Shown here in pieces: positions 31,138-41,100 of a DNA stretch of 64,000 nucleotides; positions within the stretch are counted from its first letter, which is position 1; every line of letters starts with the position of its first letter. The stretch is taken from the NCBI GenBank assembly GCA_051382295.1, contig JBBCAW010000022.1, forward strand, positions 11,120-75,119. Direction: 5' to 3'. Source of the DNA: Bdellovibrionota bacterium FG-1. GTDB lineage: Bacteria; Bdellovibrionota; UBA1018. A program made the position numbers and the translations under genes. The notes beneath the pieces were generated by a model. The model was given only the letters and a program-made list of their open reading frames with translations, was not told the origin of the DNA and did no database searches.

Positions 31138-32745
31138 ATGAGCCAAATCAAAGGGCCTTTGTTGGGTGATGAAGCCGTTGCTCAAGCCGCCATTGACGCG
31201 GGGATTACCGCCGCGTACGCGTATCCGGGCACGCCTTCGACTGAAATTCTAGAAACCTTGATTCATCACTTCGAAAAAACGGGCGCGCCCCGTGCCACTT
31301 GGTGTGCGAATGAGAAAACCGCCTACGAACAGGCGTTAGGAGTTTCGTTAGTCGGACGACGGGCCCTCGTTGCCATGAAACATGTTGGCTTGAATGTCGC
31401 GGCCGATGCGTTTGTGAACTCCGCTTTGGTCGATATCAATGGCGGCCTGGTCTTGGTGGTCGCCGACGATCCGGGGATGCACAGTTCGCAAAATGAACAG
31501 GACAGCCGCTATTTGGCGGATTTTGCCCATACTCTTTGTTTAGAACCGGCCGATCAGCAACAAGCTTACGACATGACCCGCGAGGCCTTTGAGCTTTCCG
31601 AAAAATATCAAATCCCCGTGATGATTCGCCTCGTGACTCGCTTGGCGCACAGTCGCACGGACATTACGACTCAAGCTGAAAAGCCTCAAAATCCGCTCAA
31701 AAAGGTGCAAAATCCGGCTTCTTGGATTTTGGTACCCGCCAATGCCAAAAAACAATGGCATAAGCTCGTCGAACTTCAACCCGAACTGCAAAACTACTCA
31801 GAGCAATGTCCTTATCAGCAGCTTAAACTGAGCGAGCAAGCCGGCGGCTTAGGCGTCATCACCACCGGAATGGCGCGAGGTTACTTTCTGGAAAATGCCC
31901 CTGAATTGGGAAGTTCTGTTTCCCATCTGCATATTGGCGCCTATCCCATGCCCGTGGGGCTGATTCGCAAGCTCGTACAGCATGTTTCCCGGGTCATTGT
32001 CTTAGAGGATGGCTTTCCTTATGTCGAAAGGCTCCTGCGAGGGATCATTCCACCCGCCATCGAAATTCACGGAAAGCTCTCGGGCCATGTGCCACTCGAG
32101 GGCGAACTCTCGCCCGATTCCATTCGTCCCGCCTTGGGCCTGAGACCTAGAACAGGACTCTCGCTCGAAGGTTTCAAGCTTTCCTCGCGCCCCCCGCAAC
32201 TATGCGCTGGCTGTCCTCACGCAGACAGCTTTAATGGCCTCACGGAAGCCCTTCGGGAGTTCGGTGCCCATCGTTTAATCACTTCAGATATCGGCTGTTA
32301 TGCCTTGGGTTCGACCCCGCCCCATTATACCGGCGAAACCTGTGTTTGCATGGGGGCCTCAGTGGGATTGGCCAAGGGAGCTGCGGATGCTGGGTTTTAT
32401 CCGGTCGTTTCGTTGATTGGCGATAGCACATTTTTGCATTCGGGAATGACGCCGCTACTGGATGCAGTCGCGGCCAACAGCGACATGACCTTGATCATTT
32501 TAGACAATATGGCAATCGCCATGACCGGAGGACAGCCAGAGCTGGTTCCCTCTTCGCGCCTCAGAGAAATCGTGCTGGGCATTGGGGTGCCACCCGACCA
32601 TGTTCACGTCGTCGATGCTAGCCGAAAAAACACGGCAGCCAATGCGGCCCTCGTCAAAAAGGAAGTCGCCCACCGAGGTCTATCCGTGATCATCGCCGTT
32701 CGAGAATGCATCGAAACGGCAAAACGCCATAAGGGAATATCATGA
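31138..32745 (+). CDS. iorA: Indolepyruvate:ferredoxin oxidoreductase alpha subunit (no C-terminal ferredoxin domain)
   Basis: YPGTPSTEI, MKHVGLNVAAD, SSQNEQDSR, LCAGCPH, SDIGCY, GDSTFLHSG. Confidence 0.93.
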   Translation: MSQIKGPLLGDEAVAQAAIDAGITAAYAYPGTPSTEILETLIHHFEKTGAPRATWCANEKTAYEQALGVSLVGRRALVAMKHVGLNVAADAFVNSALVDINGGLVLVVADDPGMHSSQNEQDSRYLADFAHTLCLEPADQQQAYDMTREAFELSEKYQIPVMIRLVTRLAHSRTDITTQAEKPQNPLKKVQNPASWILVPANAKKQWHKLVELQPELQNYSEQCPYQQLKLSEQAGGLGVITTGMARGYFLENAPELGSSVSHLHIGAYPMPVGLIRKLVQHVSRVIVLEDGFPYVERLLRGIIPPAIEIHGKLSGHVPLEGELSPDSIRPALGLRPRTGLSLEGFKLSSRPPQLCAGCPHADSFNGLTEALREFGAHRLITSDIGCYALGSTPPHYTGETCVCMGASVGLAKGAADAGFYPVVSLIGDSTFLHSGMTPLLDAVAANSDMTLIILDNMAIAMTGGQPELVPSSRLREIVLGIGVPPDHVHVVDASRKNTAANAALVKKEVAHRGLSVIIAVRECIETAKRHKGIS

Positions 32746-33323
32746 AACTCGACATGATCTTTGCAGGAGTGGGGGGCCAAGGCGGCTTGTCCGCGTCGGC
32801 GATTATTGCGAATGCGGCCAAAGCAGAAGGATTTTTTGTCAAACAAACCGAAGTCCACGGAATGTCTCAAAGAGGAGGCGCGGTTCAGGCCAGTCTCCGA
32901 ATTTCTGATCGTCCGGTCGAGAGCCCCATTATTCCACGAGGGACCGCCTCTTTGCTCATGAGCATGGAGCCCCTCGAAAGTCTGAGATACCTCGAATTTT
33001 TAGCCCCTAACGCCCGGATCTTTACCGCCACTTCGCCTGTCCGCAACATTTCAGACTATCCCGATCTCGACCTACTTTTGGGCAAAATTCGCGAGATTCC
33101 AGGGTCAGTATTAATTGATGCGGACGGCCTGGCACGTGAAGCGGGTTCACTCCGCTCGGCCAATATCGCCGTTCTGGGCGCCCTCTCAACCGCGTTGCCT
33201 TTTCAGGCAAAGACCCTTGAACACGCCATCGAAACCCTGTTTACGCGAAAAGGGAAAGCGGTCGTCGAAACGAACCTCAAGGCTTTTCAGTTGGGCCGCT
33301 CTCTCGGAAGCGACCCGCAATGA
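32742..33323 (+). CDS. iorB: Indolepyruvate oxidoreductase beta subunit
   Basis: GVGGQG, EVHGMSQRGGAV, NLKAFQLG. Confidence 0.93.
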   Translation: MKLDMIFAGVGGQGGLSASAIIANAAKAEGFFVKQTEVHGMSQRGGAVQASLRISDRPVESPIIPRGTASLLMSMEPLESLRYLEFLAPNARIFTATSPVRNISDYPDLDLLLGKIREIPGSVLIDADGLAREAGSLRSANIAVLGALSTALPFQAKTLEHAIETLFTRKGKAVVETNLKAFQLGRSLGSDPQ

Positions 33324-35536
33324 AGCCACACGAAGAAATCCTGCAAATCATTCAGAAGGCCCGAAACAGCGGGAGACAGGTCCTGCTCGAATCCGAAGGA
33401 TTAAAACTTCTGGAGCTCATGGGGATTTCCATACCACCCCATCTTTTCGTTCAAAACAGCGCCGAATTTTCCAAAAAATCACGGCGTTTATCTAGCAACC
33501 GCGTCGTCCTCAAGGTCGTCGCTGAAAAAATTCTGCATAAGAGCGATGTGGGGGGCGTGGTCATTGTCGACAACGACGATGAGAACATCCTTGCAGCCCT
33601 CAGAGAAATGGAAAAAAAGTTTTCGGGCCAAGCCATCACCGGCTATTCGCTTCACGAATTTGTCTCGCATGACGCCGAAATCGGGCATGAGCTCTTGGTC
33701 GGAATGCGCTGGACCCCAGATTTTGGCGCTCTGATCACCCTGAGCGCTGGGGGCATTTACGCTGAATTTTTAGCAAAAAATTTTAGAGCCGGAAGCGAGG
33801 TCGCTGTTTTTACAGCGGACGGCAACGCGTCCGTGAACTCCAGCGCCGTTGCTCAGGCCCTATCGCCGTTAGCCATTACGCCGCTGCTTTTTGAAGGCTT
33901 TCGCGGGAAGAAAGCCATCACTACGCCAGCGGCGCTCAGCGAAATCATCGAAAAACTTCAAAAACAGGCGAGCTTGCTTTTTCCTGACCATTTGGATGAG
34001 TTCGAGATCAATCCCTTAGTGATCAGCAAAACGGGGCAATGGACCGCCCTGGATATTTTGGTCAAACTTGCCGCCCAACCCCCGCGCCCGCTCAATGCCC
34101 CCCGCCCCATTCACAAGCTCAAAAACCTGCTTGAACCCCAATCCATCGCACTGATCGGGGTCTCTGAAAAATCCATGAATCCGGGGCGCATCATTCTGAA
34201 AAATATTTTGCGAGCTGGTTTTGATCCAGCTCACATTCATCTCGTCAAACCCGGACCCACGAGCCAAATTGAAAATTGCAGAACAGTGGCAAACCTCGAC
34301 GCCCTACCTGGGCGGGTAGACCTTCTGGTCCTCGCTATTTCTGCCGAACAGGCCCCGCAACTGATTGCCGAAGCCGTCGAGAAACGAAAGGCCGAGAGCA
34401 TCATTTTAATTCCAGGTGGCCTGGAAGAAAAAACGGGATCAGAAGTATTGGTGGCCCGCATGCGTGAATCCATTCAAATCGCTCGCAACAGCGACTGGCA
34501 GGGGCCTGTGATCAATGGCGGAAACTGTCTCGGGGTTCGATCGGCCCCCGGGCGTTTCAACACCCTTTTTATTCCTGAAGCAAAACTCCCCACGCCTACT
34601 TCGGCCGTGGCCCCGGTCGCCATTCTTTCGCAAAGCGGCGCCTTTGCGATCTCTCGCCTCAACTCACTAGCGACACTCAACCCCAAATACCTCATCACCG
34701 TCGGCAACCAAACAGACCTGACGCTCGGTGATTATTTAGAGTACCTTGAAAAGGATTCTGAAATTCGAGTGTTTAGTGTCTACGCCGAAGGGTTTCAGCC
34801 TCTGGATGGAGCCCGCTTTTTAAACGCGGCTCGAAAGATCGTCCAAAGTGGTCGCACTGTTATTTTATACCGCGCCGGCCGCACACCGGCGGGAGCATCA
34901 GCCTCGGCCAGTCACACCGCTGCGATCGCAAGCGATTATGCCTTGACTCGAAGTTTATGCCATTCCACGGGCGTGATTTTGGCGGATACCTTAGCGGACT
35001 TTGAAGACCTCACGCGACTTCACTACCTCCTAGGCCAAAAACGTTTTTTAACAAAAAAAATCGCGGTCCTTTCAAACGCGGGTTTTGAATGCGTGGCCGC
35101 CGCTGATCGTCTCGGCCATTTTGAGCTTTCGCCCTTTGCGGCTCAAACTACGGAAAAACTACAAGGCCTTTTAAAAAAAGCGGGAATTAATCGAATCGTC
35201 GATGTTCACAACCCCCTCGACCTCACACCCATGTGCGCCGATGAGGCGTTTGAACAGGCAATCCACATAGTGCTAGACGATCCGGGCGTGGCCGCCGCCG
35301 TCATCGGCTGTGTGCCGCTGACCCCCGCCCTAAAAACGCTTTTCCCCGAGGTTCAAGAGCTGGATTCTTTCGCCCAGCGTTTAGTCGGATTAGCCACCAG
35401 ATCCCCTAAACCCTTCATCGCTGTCGTTGAAGGCGGCCACCTTTATGAGCCCATGATCAAGATCTTGGATCAGGGAGGGGTTCTGGTCACGCGAACCATG
35501 GACCGCGCTCTTTTTCTCCTCAATCAACTCGTCTGA
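33320..35536 (+). CDS. ADP-forming acyl-CoA synthetase (ATP-grasp then CoA-binding/ligase domains)
   Basis: HKSDVGGV, EINPL, PQSIALIGVS, GGNCLG, SQSGA, SHTAA (phospho-His), NPLDLT. Confidence 0.88.
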   Translation: MKPHEEILQIIQKARNSGRQVLLESEGLKLLELMGISIPPHLFVQNSAEFSKKSRRLSSNRVVLKVVAEKILHKSDVGGVVIVDNDDENILAALREMEKKFSGQAITGYSLHEFVSHDAEIGHELLVGMRWTPDFGALITLSAGGIYAEFLAKNFRAGSEVAVFTADGNASVNSSAVAQALSPLAITPLLFEGFRGKKAITTPAALSEIIEKLQKQASLLFPDHLDEFEINPLVISKTGQWTALDILVKLAAQPPRPLNAPRPIHKLKNLLEPQSIALIGVSEKSMNPGRIILKNILRAGFDPAHIHLVKPGPTSQIENCRTVANLDALPGRVDLLVLAISAEQAPQLIAEAVEKRKAESIILIPGGLEEKTGSEVLVARMRESIQIARNSDWQGPVINGGNCLGVRSAPGRFNTLFIPEAKLPTPTSAVAPVAILSQSGAFAISRLNSLATLNPKYLITVGNQTDLTLGDYLEYLEKDSEIRVFSVYAEGFQPLDGARFLNAARKIVQSGRTVILYRAGRTPAGASASASHTAAIASDYALTRSLCHSTGVILADTLADFEDLTRLHYLLGQKRFLTKKIAVLSNAGFECVAAADRLGHFELSPFAAQTTEKLQGLLKKAGINRIVDVHNPLDLTPMCADEAFEQAIHIVLDDPGVAAAVIGCVPLTPALKTLFPEVQELDSFAQRLVGLATRSPKPFIAVVEGGHLYEPMIKILDQGGVLVTRTMDRALFLLNQLV

Positions 35537-35558
35537 GTATTATTAGGAAATAGGATCT

Positions 35559-36692
35559 ATGACCCAAACCAAAAATCCCCGTCCCTGGATGCCCCAAGTT
35601 GCACCCCATATTGCGTCGCTCACCCCCTATTCTCCAGGCAAACCCATTGAGGAAACGGAGCGAGAATATGGAATCTCTGGTGTGGTTAAACTCGCCAGCA
35701 ACGAAAACCCGCTCGGCCCCTCTCCCAAAGCGGTGGCGGCCCTTCGCGCATTGGAGCCTTCCCTTCATCTTTATCCGGACGGCAGTCACTTCCATCTCAA
35801 AAAAGTCCTTTCAGAACGCCTCGATTGCTTGCCTTCTGAGCTCGCGATAGGGTGCGGCTCGAACGAATTGATTGATTTACTGACTCGCGTTTTTGTTCCA
35901 ATCGGAAAACAACTCGTTACCCACAAAACTGCTTTTGTGGTCTACCGGCTTTGTGGCCACCTCAATGGTGCTGAAGTGATCGAGGTGCCCATCGATTCAA
36001 ATCTCAACGTCAGTGTGCAAAGTCTTTTGGATGCCGTCACGCCCAACACCCAAGTCGTCATGATTGCCAACCCAAACAATCCCACCGGTACCTTTTTAAA
36101 TGCGGAGCAAATCGACCATTTAGCCCGCGAGCTCAACCGCAAAGAAGTATTATTAGTCTTGGATTATGCCTACTGGGAATATGTAACCGATCGCTCGATT
36201 CCCGACCCCATGACCGTTTTCAAGAGACATCGGAATGTTTTAATTTTACGCACTTTCTCCAAGGTCTACGGAATCGCAGGCGTTCGAGTCGGTTATCTCG
36301 TAGGGGATGCCCCTCTCATTGAACTGATCGAGCGCGCCCGCCAGCCGTTTAATGTCACCGCGAGTGGGCTGGTGGCAGCTCAGGCGGCCCTCGATGATGA
36401 CGAATTCGTACATCGCTCGATCGCTCTCAACGAAGCGAGCAAAACGCAGCTCACGACCGAACTCGCTCATTATGACGTCCGTGTCTACCCCAGTCAGGGT
36501 AATTTTTTGCTGGTCGACTTTAAGCGCTCCAGCCAGCAGCTCTATCCTGAGTTTCTTAAACGTGGTGTGATCATCCGACCCGTAGCCATCTATGGACTTC
36601 CCACTCATTTGCGAATTACCGCGGGACTTCCCGCAGAAAATGCGAAGCTCTTCCAAGCCTTGAGCGAAATTCTAACTCGCCACCCCGGCTAA
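35559..36692 (+). CDS. hisC: Histidinol-phosphate/aromatic aminotransferase
   Basis: KLASNENP, GSNELI, NPNNPTG, RTFSKVYGIAGVRVG. Confidence 0.9.
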   Translation: MTQTKNPRPWMPQVAPHIASLTPYSPGKPIEETEREYGISGVVKLASNENPLGPSPKAVAALRALEPSLHLYPDGSHFHLKKVLSERLDCLPSELAIGCGSNELIDLLTRVFVPIGKQLVTHKTAFVVYRLCGHLNGAEVIEVPIDSNLNVSVQSLLDAVTPNTQVVMIANPNNPTGTFLNAEQIDHLARELNRKEVLLVLDYAYWEYVTDRSIPDPMTVFKRHRNVLILRTFSKVYGIAGVRVGYLVGDAPLIELIERARQPFNVTASGLVAAQAALDDDEFVHRSIALNEASKTQLTTELAHYDVRVYPSQGNFLLVDFKRSSQQLYPEFLKRGVIIRPVAIYGLPTHLRITAGLPAENAKLFQALSEILTRHPG

Positions 36693-38546
36693 AATTCCCA
36701 CGGCCATCTGTGCGGCGGCCTCGGTATAGGAGGTATTCATAGTATCAGCCCCCGCTCCCGCCAACACTAAAACCCCGAGTGAATCCGCTCGTTCGGTTTT
36801 CACAGGAATGGTCCGAGCCGGCAACCCCTTAAAGCAGCCCAATCCCGACTCCAAGCGCGCCAAATCACCCAACACACCGGGACCCCGGTCCCAGCTTCCG
36901 GCACAACGCCATTCAGCGCCCTTTTGACTACAAAACCACAATTCAGCACGCAAGCCCGCACAGGCCTCACTCACAAAACTACAATATTTTGCCGCAATTT
37001 CACCCAAATCCATTCCCGCGCGCCCCATGACTTCAGACACCAACAACGCCAATCCCAAGGGACTGATGGAGGGCTCAAGAGGCCGTTTTGCATCCACTGC
37101 ATCCACTGAACTCGCTTCATTCGTCGCGTCGTCGATTGGGGCCGAGGGCGGCGCAACCGGGGCCGAAACAGATGCCTGAGCTGCCGCCCCAAAATGTCGT
37201 AAAGCATTTTTCAACATCGCTGCTTTAGCTCGCACCGAATCACGAGCCAACACCAACGCCCCATCCTCACGGAGCTCTACCTTGGTCCCCAAAGTATCGC
37301 CCTGATTTTCAAACACGAGCAATGGCGCTTGACCAGCAAAACACCAAACACCTTCCAAAAAGGCAGGCCTAAGTCCAAAATAGGCCCAACGCCCCGATTC
37401 TTTGACAAATGTCTTTTCGTGCCCCGGCAACGGCTGCCAAACCCATACTCGTTCGGCCCCCCGCGATTCATTCGGCCCCAAAGAATCGCGAGACACCCAA
37501 TGCCCAAACACAGGGCGGGGGCCTTCCATTCTCACTAACCATCGCCCCGAAATTCGCTGAGGTTTATTTTTCTGGATTGCCCAACAGTCACTCTCTAAGT
37601 CGAGCGGGGCCACCCAAACCACCCGAACCTGGGAGAGAGAGGTCGCATTGTCTGCGAGGTCTTTGGGCAAAACCGGCAATTCTTCGATCACCTTGACGGT
37701 TTTTTCGCCATCTGCCGCGACGACCAGACAGCCTCTTTCGGTTAGTCCGAGTTTCATCGCCAGGATTTGATCTGAATCCATAAAGCTCAGCGCTGGCCTT
37801 TCAGAGACAAAATTCCACAACCCCGCTCGATATTCGGGCTTGGAGCCCGAAAAAATCCACTCCCCTTGCCCTAAATTCACTTCAGTTTTCCACGCCCATC
37901 GATCAGGACTTTGCTGAATCTGACTCCAGCGCCCATTTTCTGGCGCCGGCCCTCGTAACCGAATACGCCAAACCTTGGACCGCCTGACGGCGCCGCCCCC
38001 TGCCAAGGCAAAACAATCCTGCGCGGGCTCCAGCGCATTCAAACGAGGCCCCAGTCGAATACCCGCCTCGCTATCCCCAAAATCCCCACGCGGCCGCGCA
38101 GGCGCCGCCTGCGAGGTAGGCTTGGGCGCTTGCGGCAGCGCCAGAATATGTCGTTCCACTTTCAGCAGCAAAGCCTTAAACCCGATAGACTCAGCAAGGA
38201 CCTCAGTCATGCCGGCTCCCGCCAAACGATTCGCTGCTTTTTGAACCTCGGGCGCAAGGGTCAAAATAAGGCGCGCTTCTTTGCTTTTTATTTTGGTTCC
38301 TAATGTCTTTAATAACGTCAAATGTTGTGAAACATCCGCCATATTTCGGGCATAAAGCACCACGACGCAACCGCGCAACTGGCGCGCAATCGCAAGCGCG
38401 TCCATCGCCGAAACGCACTCAATCACCTGATTAAGCGGATTCTCCCGCAATTTTATACAAAGCGCCGGAAAGCTTCCGGCGAACGGTTCGACCACCAGGA
38501 TCGCATTCAAGGCAGGATTAAGGATAATGTCTGCTGACTTCGGCAT
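36672..38546 (-). CDS. Hypothetical protein: receiver-like N-terminus, two copies of a Trp-rich domain, GAF-like C-terminus
   Basis: 624 aa; visible internal duplication (DCFA...RGPAPENGRW / DCWA...EGPRPVFGHW). Confidence 0.65.
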   Translation of the reverse strand: MPKSADIILNPALNAILVVEPFAGSFPALCIKLRENPLNQVIECVSAMDALAIARQLRGCVVVLYARNMADVSQHLTLLKTLGTKIKSKEARLILTLAPEVQKAANRLAGAGMTEVLAESIGFKALLLKVERHILALPQAPKPTSQAAPARPRGDFGDSEAGIRLGPRLNALEPAQDCFALAGGGAVRRSKVWRIRLRGPAPENGRWSQIQQSPDRWAWKTEVNLGQGEWIFSGSKPEYRAGLWNFVSERPALSFMDSDQILAMKLGLTERGCLVVAADGEKTVKVIEELPVLPKDLADNATSLSQVRVVWVAPLDLESDCWAIQKNKPQRISGRWLVRMEGPRPVFGHWVSRDSLGPNESRGAERVWVWQPLPGHEKTFVKESGRWAYFGLRPAFLEGVWCFAGQAPLLVFENQGDTLGTKVELREDGALVLARDSVRAKAAMLKNALRHFGAAAQASVSAPVAPPSAPIDDATNEASSVDAVDAKRPLEPSISPLGLALLVSEVMGRAGMDLGEIAAKYCSFVSEACAGLRAELWFCSQKGAEWRCAGSWDRGPGVLGDLARLESGLGCFKGLPARTIPVKTERADSLGVLVLAGAGADTMNTSYTEAAAQMAVGILAGVAS

Positions 38547-38588
38547 ATGTCAGCTTACTTTTCGGAGGTTTTGCAGGATGCCTTTAAG

Positions 38589-40055
38589 TTAATTCAGATC
38601 CCTTTTCCAAACATTCTGAAAGGCTTCGATCAGTTTTTCGCCATTCAGACCGAAATCAGCGTAACTTTTGAAGTTTTCGTATTCATAGCCAATCCGTCCG
38701 CCAATTCCAGAGGTTTGCACCTCTTGAGTAATATCGCCGGCGTTCATTTTAGCGCGAACAAAAGCCACGCCTCCCGCTTTCTTATCCTCAAAACCAAGCC
38801 GTTGAGGAGGAGAGAGCTCAAGGGATTGAAAAATTGTATTCGAATTAAAATAGGCATTTCCGACGCCCAGCTCTTGAGGAATCGCGGACATTTCATGAAG
38901 CTCTAAACTGGTTTTTCCGTTTCGCGCCACGAGAAAAGGACTGCCCCCTTTGTATCCCGGTTTTTCTGGCACGACAATCACACTGACAGGAGTTTTGGCC
39001 TGAGTATGCGCGCCCATCCCGATCGCTAAATCCGTATTGACCTCAATGTTCTCAAAAACCCAGGTTTTTTTGCCCATCTGCTGGAGTTGCGCCGTACGGC
39101 CCGAACGATCCAAATAAGCCTTCGCCATTCCCGCGCCCTCGCCAATCAGCGGGGTCTTGAGTAAAGGTTGGCCGGTAACCGGATCAAAAGCATGAAAACC
39201 GGCTTGATAACCAAACAGGTGAGTCTCGCCTTTGGCTTCAGATTGCTCGAAATAGGCGCGAATAGCGGCCTTGATCTTTTGATCCACCCCAGGATCGGGA
39301 GCAAATTTCTTTTTCTGATAACCCGCCTTGAATTCGGCCAAATACTCGCGAATGGGCCCATGGGTTTGCTCGCTGGTCCAAATATCAAAAGGAATGTAGG
39401 TATGGGCCTTTTGCGATTGGGTGGCGACCGTCGCGAACTTGAGATCAAGTGGATTTAAGGCCCGAGGATCGGCCATTGCTTTCTTGAGCAAGACTCGCAA
39501 ATTTTCACGACTTGCCGCTAAATCAGCCGCCACCGTGGATGTATTGAGTAAATCCACACTCCGACTGACGAGATCGAACTCTGCGGACGAAAGCAGCGCC
39601 TTGAGGTTGTAAGGAATTAACGCTTTAACTTGGCCCCCACCCCGCGTCCAAAGCCCGGCCCCACTCGTAAAATAGGCAAGCTCCGACAAATGTTTTTGCC
39701 CCAGCGCCACTAACCGCCCCAGCTCAGCTTCACTCAGGGTGTTCATGTCCACCGCGAGGTCTTTGAAAGTGACTCTAGAAATTTTACCTTGAATGGCCTT
39801 CACTTGCCCGTGAGTGCGATAAGCTTCAACAATCGCCTTGAATTGCTCTGGCTCAGCCTCGACAAAATGACCCGTCTGACCATAGGCGACTGAAGGCTGG
39901 TGGAGGCTTGTGACCAACTCAGCCAAGCAGGGCTTGTTTTGCGCGTAACTATTGACGGTCTGACACAGCCCCGCCAGAATCGATAACGCAACAATCTGCG
40001 ACCGAAACCGAAGATAAAAGAGCATCGCTTGACCTATCGTCGCGGGGACGGCCAA
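38589..40055 (-). CDS. Signal-peptide-bearing UDPGP-family (UDP-sugar pyrophosphorylase-like) protein
   Basis: SGAGLWTRGGGQVK, PLIGEGAG, VFENIE, KGGSPF, YFNSNTI, ENFKSYAD parallel UGPase/UAP motifs; signal peptide ending NSYA. Confidence 0.6.
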   Translation of the reverse strand: MAVPATIGQAMLFYLRFRSQIVALSILAGLCQTVNSYAQNKPCLAELVTSLHQPSVAYGQTGHFVEAEPEQFKAIVEAYRTHGQVKAIQGKISRVTFKDLAVDMNTLSEAELGRLVALGQKHLSELAYFTSGAGLWTRGGGQVKALIPYNLKALLSSAEFDLVSRSVDLLNTSTVAADLAASRENLRVLLKKAMADPRALNPLDLKFATVATQSQKAHTYIPFDIWTSEQTHGPIREYLAEFKAGYQKKKFAPDPGVDQKIKAAIRAYFEQSEAKGETHLFGYQAGFHAFDPVTGQPLLKTPLIGEGAGMAKAYLDRSGRTAQLQQMGKKTWVFENIEVNTDLAIGMGAHTQAKTPVSVIVVPEKPGYKGGSPFLVARNGKTSLELHEMSAIPQELGVGNAYFNSNTIFQSLELSPPQRLGFEDKKAGGVAFVRAKMNAGDITQEVQTSGIGGRIGYEYENFKSYADFGLNGEKLIEAFQNVWKRDLN

Positions 40056-40155
40056 GCTTGAGGCCTCATGTCACAGCCGTTCTTCACGGCCGTCTTAGAT
40101 TCCCCCACCCAAACCTATTGTTTTTCCCCCCTCCGACGACTAATCTCATTTTCTT

Positions 40156-41100
40156 ATGATGGGATCCCTCCCGGTATTGCCGGTGGAGCTGCCAACAGAA
40201 ATAACCACTCCCCGTTGGCGTCATTGGATTGCCGCCGCCATTTTGGCGCTGCTCTTCCACGTCGCGCTATTGGGGTGGCACCTTCCGGATTTTCTGATCC
40301 CCCCCGCAACCCATCCCCGCGTTGACATTAAAACAGTCGATCCCCGCAAGCTGGAGGCGATTCGCCGCCAGTGGAAAGAGCGTGAAAAACAGCTTCTGAT
40401 CAATAAAAACCCCGCCACCCCTTCGGCCGCCGAACCCCCAGCCGACGCGCGATACATGTCAGATCGAAATATTCGCGTCGAAAAAGAACAGCGGGCCCGC
40501 CAGACCACTATCATTCCAAAGTCAGGAATCCCGGGCGAATCCTCACCCCCTCAACCCGCGCCGCAACCCAAAACCGCGAATCACCCTCTCCCCGCACTGG
40601 GCAATCTGGGCATCCCACTCCCTCGCGCCATGAGACAAGCGCCACCCACCCAGCCCCCAACCCACTCAGGTCAAGAGGGCGGCGACCAGGCCATCAGTGA
40701 TCGCGATCTTCCAGAGGGCAGTGAAAATCTCCTCAATGCGCAGGAGTCGGTTTATTACTCATTTTACTCCCGTCTTTACGAGGCAATCGGACCCATTTGG
40801 CAAAGAGCGGTGAGACAAGCCTCAAGAACACGAAGACTCCAGCAGGGCGAATACAGCACCCAACTCGATGTGGTTTTTGATCGAGAGGGCAATCTGGTCG
40901 CCATTCACCAGCTTCGAAGCTCGGGGGTCGCGGACTTTGATAAATCGGCATCGACGTCATGGCATGCCGTGGGAAGGTTTCCGAATCCCCCGACTGGCCT
41001 GCTCAACGAAAACGGTGAAGTCCACACCGGCTGGACCTTCACGGTACAAGTCAATCAGGGCCTCAACCTGGATTACCTACCGCCCGAACGAGTGTACTAG
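40156..41100 (+). CDS. TonB/TolA-like energy transducer
   Basis: TM with conserved His (LLFHVALL), Pro-rich linker, RSSGVADFDKSA...FPNPP. Confidence 0.85.
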   Translation: MMGSLPVLPVELPTEITTPRWRHWIAAAILALLFHVALLGWHLPDFLIPPATHPRVDIKTVDPRKLEAIRRQWKEREKQLLINKNPATPSAAEPPADARYMSDRNIRVEKEQRARQTTIIPKSGIPGESSPPQPAPQPKTANHPLPALGNLGIPLPRAMRQAPPTQPPTHSGQEGGDQAISDRDLPEGSENLLNAQESVYYSFYSRLYEAIGPIWQRAVRQASRTRRLQQGEYSTQLDVVFDREGNLVAIHQLRSSGVADFDKSASTSWHAVGRFPNPPTGLLNENGEVHTGWTFTVQVNQGLNLDYLPPERVY

